Of a DNA stretch of 64,000 nt, positions 57,699 through 64,000 are shown in pieces; within the stretch, counting starts at the first letter, position 1; the number at the start of each line of letters is the position of its first letter. The notes under the pieces were generated by a model. The model was not told the DNA's origin, made no database searches, and saw only the letters and a program-made list of their open reading frames with translations. Both the position numbers and the translations under genes were made by a program. This DNA is from Schizochytrium sp. TIO01 (lineage: Eukaryota; Protista; Bigyra: Labyrinthulomycetes), in assembly GCA_004764695.1 (NCBI GenBank), contig SMSO01000031.1, forward strand, positions 162,436 to 226,435, read 5' to 3'.

Positions 57699-60600
57699 TT
57701 AGAAGTTAATTCGTACATCGCGCGGTGGGTGATTACGGAAATGGTGACCACCGTGCTCGCTTGAGACATTGTGCTCATCAATGTCTAGTTCCTCATCATA
57801 CTCAAAATCAACAGAATCCAGTGTACGCGATGATGCTGGACTAGGTGTTAAGCTTGGCTGGTGCGGTGTGACTGCTGACGAGCTCAAGTCTTGGTCAGTG
57901 TAACTTGTAGCGGAACTAGAGCTATTGGGAGAATGTTCTTCGTTGTTGTGAGATGTATCGGCAGCTCGGGCATAGCGCATGCTCGTTGGAGTTCGAGGGG
58001 AGGGAGGGACGCGAATATCAATGCCTGTAGCATGGGCCTGGTGAAGTACATTCGGAGATGAGACAGCCATTATTGAAGGCGAAGCCACGGTGACTGGGAT
58101 GTGAACATTTCGTCCATCTTTAAGGCGGGACATTTGATGCTGATTAACCATATCTTGGAACACACGGAAAATGTGACGCTTGTTCTCATCTTCGGGATGA
58201 TCGTAATCAAACGCAGAGCGATTTGCCGCACGACTAATATTTTGAATGTTCACAGAATCAAAGACTTCAGTGATGGCAGACTGCGGAATGAGCAAGGGTT
58301 GAGCAAGCTTACGAAACAGCTTGTTCACTTTATGCAGACGAGACTTCTTGTTATCGCAAGAGTCGCCATATCCACGGTCGATCTCAATCACAACGTCAAC
58401 GAGGCTTGGGAAATATTGACGTCGCAAATGCATAGCCATCATATCGAAACCAATACACATAACAAGAATGAGGAACACACATTTCCAAAGGTAGCGCGGG
58501 GATTTGCCGAAAATTTGCTCCTGAATTGAGTTGCAATCTTTACAGAAATCCCACATTACTGTGGGTGTGTACATCACATAGATGCTTGGGTCAAGGCCAT
58601 AATAGATGGGTTCAAAAACAAACATGCTGACGAAGCCGAACATAACAATCGCAAACGTTAGCCATGTCCATGTATAGGTTTCCAGACAGGTGCGAGCCAC
58701 ACACACCCAGATTGTAGCGATGTATGTTGTTGTTCCCAAAGTGAGGATGTCCACATCTCCAGGACCTGCCCAAATCATCGTAATTGCACAGATAAAGAAG
58801 GCATGGAGAAAGGACTTGAAAATGTATTCAAAGGCCTTGATGCGATCCATGTGTAAATTCTTGCGTCCTGAAATATACATGGCTGGGTATTCCAACGCTG
58901 TCTTGCGAGAAATGTCCTTGTTGAGGCATGCAATGACTGTAATTGGAACCTGTGTAGGGTAACTGAATACAGTTGTAAGAAAAGTTGGAAAACTTGAAGA
59001 ACCAGAGAACTTATTGTAGAAGTTGTACACCGCTGCAGTCAACACAAAAAGAACGCTGGAGTAAAAGACAAATAGAACCATTGAGGCAGAACGCCGATAA
59101 TTCCAGCGACCATGCACTAACATAAGATCCTTGAGGAAACGAAACTGTGCGATTGCAAAATCTGAGCTGTTTACAGCCTGTCGACCTTCGTGGCCACTAA
59201 TGCCAACACCGACACGCGCCTCCTGAATCATTGCCACATCGTTTGCGCCATCACCAATTGCAAGGGTCACTGGACTGGACCCGTTCACTTTGACACCTTC
59301 TTTCACCATGCGAACAACAAGAGCTTTTTGCTTTGGGCTCACACGACACGCCACAACTACAGAGCATAGTCTAGCAATAGAAAGGAGAGCTGCTTCAGAC
59401 TCTGCAGTTCCGAGCTCGGAGGCCAGCAGATTTCTGAGAGCATTACCACTAATTACGAGAGCCATGTTTTTGGCTTCGAAATCTTCAAGGTTTGATTCAT
59501 TACCCTGAAGCTCGTGTTCATTCGTCTCCATATCATCTAAATCAACGCCAGGGGGGAGTATGTCCACAGGGCGTCGCCAAGCTGACGGTGTGCGACGATG
59601 AGAGGGATGCTCTGAGGATGAAGAATCCATCGACGCCCTGCTACTGCTACTTTCAGGACCTACAGAGCTATGATCATCCCCATAGACAGACTCGGAGTCC
59701 TCCTCCGTCACCATAGGAGTTGTGGTTCCACTACCATGGCTAGACTTGTGAAGTCCAGAGCCAGATGGACTGAGGCGGGACCAAAATCCTGTGGGAGACT
59801 GGAAGCCGTTCCCTGAGCGACGAGGGCCCACATCTGAGTATGGAGAGGCGCCTTCAGGCCCTTCACTATTTACAGAATGCACTGATCCATCGTTAGGGCC
59901 CATGCCAGCACTAAGGGTACGGCGCTGCTTCCAGCTTCGGCGCTTACGACGAGACTTACGGCCGTCGCCATCATGCAAATCCTCTTCATAGACTTCAAAA
60001 CCGTTCTCTGATTTGCGACCATCCTTGAAGACGGAGCGAGCAGCGCGACGAGCTTTGTCAAAAGCACGATGGACACCGTGTTCCATGGCCCGCCCCACAT
60101 GCGAAATCTTTTCTTTTCGCACTTCACGACCATGCTTACGACGCTCAGAGTTCTTGCACAAGTTACTCGGCACTAAAAGAGCTTGCAAGTCGTGCACCGT
60201 TTTCATGTTCTCCTCTGGGTTATCAGACGTAATTTTGATGAGTTCCATCTCAGGAGAAAAGAGGCGAGCAGAAAATGCAATGTTGATTGCAGTTTCTACT
60301 TTGTCACCTGTAAGAACCCAGGTTTTAACGCCTGCTTCCCGAAGAGATACGAGCGTTTCAGGTACACCGTCCTGTAGACGATCCTCAATGGCACTTGCGC
60401 CAACAATCTCCAAGTTATGCTCAATGGCAGCTGCAGCTTCTTCCAGCAAAGCGTTTCTTTTCTCACCAAGAGCACTGTTGGCTTCATCAAAGCGCGCCTT
60501 CCAGGCCTCGAACTCACGATTGCTAAGTTCTTTTCGAGCCATAACAAGAGTTCGAAGGCCATCGTTGGCGAAGGCATCCAAATGCTGGCAAAGTTGGCTT

Positions 60601-62754
60601 ATCATCTCACGCTCGCGCTGCGAGCGCGACTCACGTGTGAGCTCGAACATGACAGTGTCAGCACCCTTCACATAAAGCATATACTTGCCCTCGTTCGTTC
60701 GCACAAGTACAGACATGCGCTTTCGTGTAGAGTTGAACTGATTAATTGCCAAGACTTTGTATTCCTCTACCTTGTCAGGCTCCTCTGGGTCCACATCGTC
60801 GCGCATCTCGACACTAATGCGATAGATATTATTATCCGTACTTAGCAGGCGCATCCCGACTTCAGCGGCAGCACTCACAAGAGCTTCTTCATCAGGGCCT
60901 TCGGCATTGTACATAATACTTCCCGATGTTGTATCGACTAAAACAGTATGGCAAACAGCGAGAATGCGCCAGAACTCAGTGAGACGGGTACATCGGCGAG
61001 ACCTGTGATTTTTGCGAAAGACATGTATAGCATCAGCGAAAATTTCTCGTAATGTGGAAGAGCTTGATGTCGCGGTACCTGGTTCATCGTTACCCACACC
61101 ATAAACCTGGCTATCGACAGTGCAGCCGACGAGTTTCATTTCGTTACGCGTCAGAGTACCTGTTTTATCAGAGAATACATAGGAAACTTGACCAAGCTCC
61201 TGCACGAGTTCCATTGCGTTACACTTGGCAGGTGTGTCCGTTTCTTCATGATACATGTCCAAATCCCAGTGAATGAACATAGCCTGCCAAAAGTTACTAA
61301 AGGTAGTAGCGAAGAGCAGAGAAATGGGTAAAAGACTACTATAAAGTACAATAAAGGTACACACGTTGGCCACGTAGGGTGGAAAATCGAAGGCATTTTC
61401 CGAACTTTGCATAAGGTAATAAAACTCCGTGTTGCTTGGGTAGCCATAAATCTCGATCAGCGAGGATAATGTACACATAATTATGTCTACGACCAAAATA
61501 AGAACAATGATTTTGTTAATGAGCTTTTGTAGTCGGCTCATTTTTGTTGGTGGGTTACTGCTGCTTTGCACAACCTTGGTCTCAGGTCCTGCATACAGTA
61601 CAAACCCCAAAATCCATGGAGTGTTCCGCAAGACAGATCCGCGAAGTAAAATGTTGGCTGTGTCAAGGGACACGTTCTTGTAACCCTTTGGAGATCGTTC
61701 CTCGACATATTCGTCATCGTAAACCCGGATGGTTCCACTAAAGGTAAGCATAGAATTAGGAGGGTCGTAGCGAACACGCGCTTGTAGTGAGGCTGCTTGG
61801 TCAGGTAAAATGCATCGATCAACCAAGTCTTCCGGAACATGCTTAATCTTCAAGTTTGTTTCGCCGTCGATATTAGCTGTCTCTACGTAACATTTATTTC
61901 CTGTTGCACACGAGGTGACAAATAGTAAGTCGGCAGGAAATTGGGATCGATCATAAACCTTGAGAAGGTCGCCGGGGCGCACATCAGACCAGGGAATCTC
62001 CTCTACGTGGCCATCGCCTGGGCGTAATCGATAGGCAATGCGGTTGTTTACCTCTTTGTCTTCTCGATGACGCTTTACGTCATAATACCCTTCGAACGCC
62101 ATCGTGAAGGCCACCACGAGAACAAGCCCAAGTAATGTACCGCCAGCTGCGTAGGGGCTATCAAAGAGATTAGTTTTTAGTACCAAGGATCGCAAGAATT
62201 ACGATAACGAGGAAATAAACGTTGCTGAGATTGCGAAACTGCTCTGCACCACATTTGAAGAGAAAGTTGAAGAGTGTATACCTAGCTGTTTGCACATAGT
62301 TGCTTGGTCTGGACTTTTTCATTTGATCTGATACAGGAAGGTCCATGATGAGCTCTTGCAAAGCCTCAGAGTTGCCGTAGCCAAACCATCTACAGATTCG
62401 TGCACACAGATTTTTCGAGCCTGCTTGACCTTTTCCCGCTTCGTCCATTGCAAGCGAAGGCTGTGACATTGCCGTCGTCCCCATCGTCGATAGACGGTCC
62501 TTGGACTCTGGGCCATCAGTCATCTCGCTTGTCGTGGTTGGCAGGACTGTTGCCGCACCCGTACCCGAAGGATGAGTCTCATCCGCCTCGTGATGTTGCT
62601 CATGCTGGTTATAATCTAAACCACTGTCGTCTTCTGTGTCTTCCTGAGGCGCATACTCCTCCTCGTCTGTGGTAAATTGCTCGAGATCGTCAGCCTCCTG
62701 GTCCTTGTGAAAGTCTGCGGCATCGTGTCGAGAGTCCTTGCGCCCCGAGGCCAT
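57699..62754 (-). CDS. P4-type ATPase (phospholipid flippase); apparent 1-nt frameshift at about 62174-62178
   Basis: NYVQTARYTLFNF..EQFRNLSNVYFL in the upstream ORF. ETANIDGETNLK, FSDKTGTLT, VLTGDKVETA, CRVSPKQKA, GDGANDVAMIQ and HGRWNY in the main ORF. Confidence 0.93.
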
Positions 62755-63629
62755 CCTGGCGACGTCAAGGGGCGAGAATGAGACCAAGTAGTTCCACGAC
62801 TGCCGCGCCGACTCGGTCAACGAATGGAAAACTCAGTTGCTTCCACTTCGACTCCAATGTCCCCGAACACGCGAAATTACCAAACAAACAAAAGAAACAA
62901 AAGAAACAAAAGTAAAAAGTAAAAGTAAAAAAAAAAACGGGGAAAAGCGGCAATCCTCACAACAAAAGAAACAAATCCTGCCAGCTGAAGGCTCGCTTTA
63001 TGTTCTTTTATCTGTCTGCCTCCACCGAGCACACTCTGTCGCTCAATCAAACGATTGACTTCAATCAATCAATCTATCTATCACGCGAGTGCAGACCACA
63101 ACACAGTAAGTGCGTCGAGGCCTCCCTAGGTCTGGTGACGACGACAACGATAATCCACCAGAACGAACTGCGATTTATTTGCCACCCCGTCACTACAAGA
63201 ATGAAATCTCGCCAGCTCCACCTGCGCCGGCTTCAGACACGCACGCCAAAGCAGGAAACTGTTTATACAGAACAACACCAAAACCCAAAGCAAGCTACTG
63301 CAAGCTGCTATAACCAAACGCAACTGAAATATTGCACACACCAGGACCAGAAAAGAAACCCACGTCGAAAAACTATGCAGTAAAAGCACAAAGTAAAACC
63401 AAGGCAGTAAGTAACCTCACTTCGCTCGCTCCCTCGCTCACTCACTGGCTGCCTCACTCCCTCGCCCTCCTTCGCCGGTAAGCTCAGCCTCCCAACCTTC
63501 AAGCAAGCAAGGAAGCAAACACTCACTGCCTCCACTTCCACGGCCAGAATGAAAGAATGAATATATATATCACAAAAGCTCCACCTCCTGGCCAACAACT
63601 AGCGCCTCTTTCAATATGTGCCCTCCAAT

Positions 63630-63925
63630 GAGAATGAATGAATGAATGAATCAATGAATCAATCGATCAATCGATCGATCCGCCAAACTGCGACCAAGGC
63701 TCGCACAGTCGCCAAGCTCTCCTCGAAGAACCAACCAACCCTCGACCTTGGAGAGCTGCTTTCCCTTGCCTCAAGTTATCAAGCTCTTCCAGCGCAATGA
63801 GATGCTCTGCTCTTGTACCAGGTCAGTCAGTCAGTCAGTCCGAGTCGCCTTCAGACAGACAAACGAACAAACAAACCAGCAAACAGCAAACAAACAAACA
63901 AACTAGCTAGCTAGCTAGCTGACTC
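63630..63925. repeat. Cluster of tetranucleotide microsatellites (GAAT, CAAT/CGAT, GTCA, AAAC, CTAG)
   Basis: Seen directly, upstream of the flippase gene. Confidence 0.85.
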
Positions 63926-64000
63926 CGGCTCTGGCGGCCTGCGTGTCTGCGTGTCTGCGTCTGCAGCGCCGCTCAGCGAGAGGCGATCGAGCAGAACTCT

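Noticed and set aside
1-64000. tRNA, rRNA, transposase, integrase or viral hallmark genes
   Set aside because: None recognised by eye. tRNAscan-SE, Infernal and a TE library search would be needed to exclude them.

Overview
Eukaryotic nuclear DNA, not prokaryotic: it has GT-AG introns, UBC9, TFIIS, a P4-ATPase and microsatellite-rich 5' regions. The intron-poor style suggests a stramenopile protist such as a thraustochytrid, which is an inference only. Two housekeeping blocks flank an accessory region at about 14-47 kb. The left block holds a fucokinase/FPGT-like gene, TMEM120, UBC9, TFIIS and a METTL21-like methyltransferase. The right block holds MetAP1, a C2-C2-WW4 protein and a P4-ATPase. 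The main signal is a tandem cluster of three minus-strand genes. Each encodes an N-terminal helical domain resembling the MLKL/HeLo four-helix bundle, a non-RD TKL-type kinase (HGDLEPAN), and an array of near-identical 132/135-bp armadillo repeats. The repeat number differs (3 versus 13 full units), and unit variation concentrates on the helix-3 ligand-binding positions. This looks like a repeat-shuffling innate-immune or cell-death receptor without an NLR NTPase. The middle copy is a chimera of the outer two, produced by a 5298-bp duplication that could be real or an assembly artefact. Two copies share a 10-bp deletion that uncouples the N-terminal domain. The accessory region also contains decayed genes, a secreted vWA-PAN-lectin-like adhesin with a swapped loop and a frameshift, and an orphan 7TM receptor. 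All family assignments come from motif recognition by eye; no searches were run.
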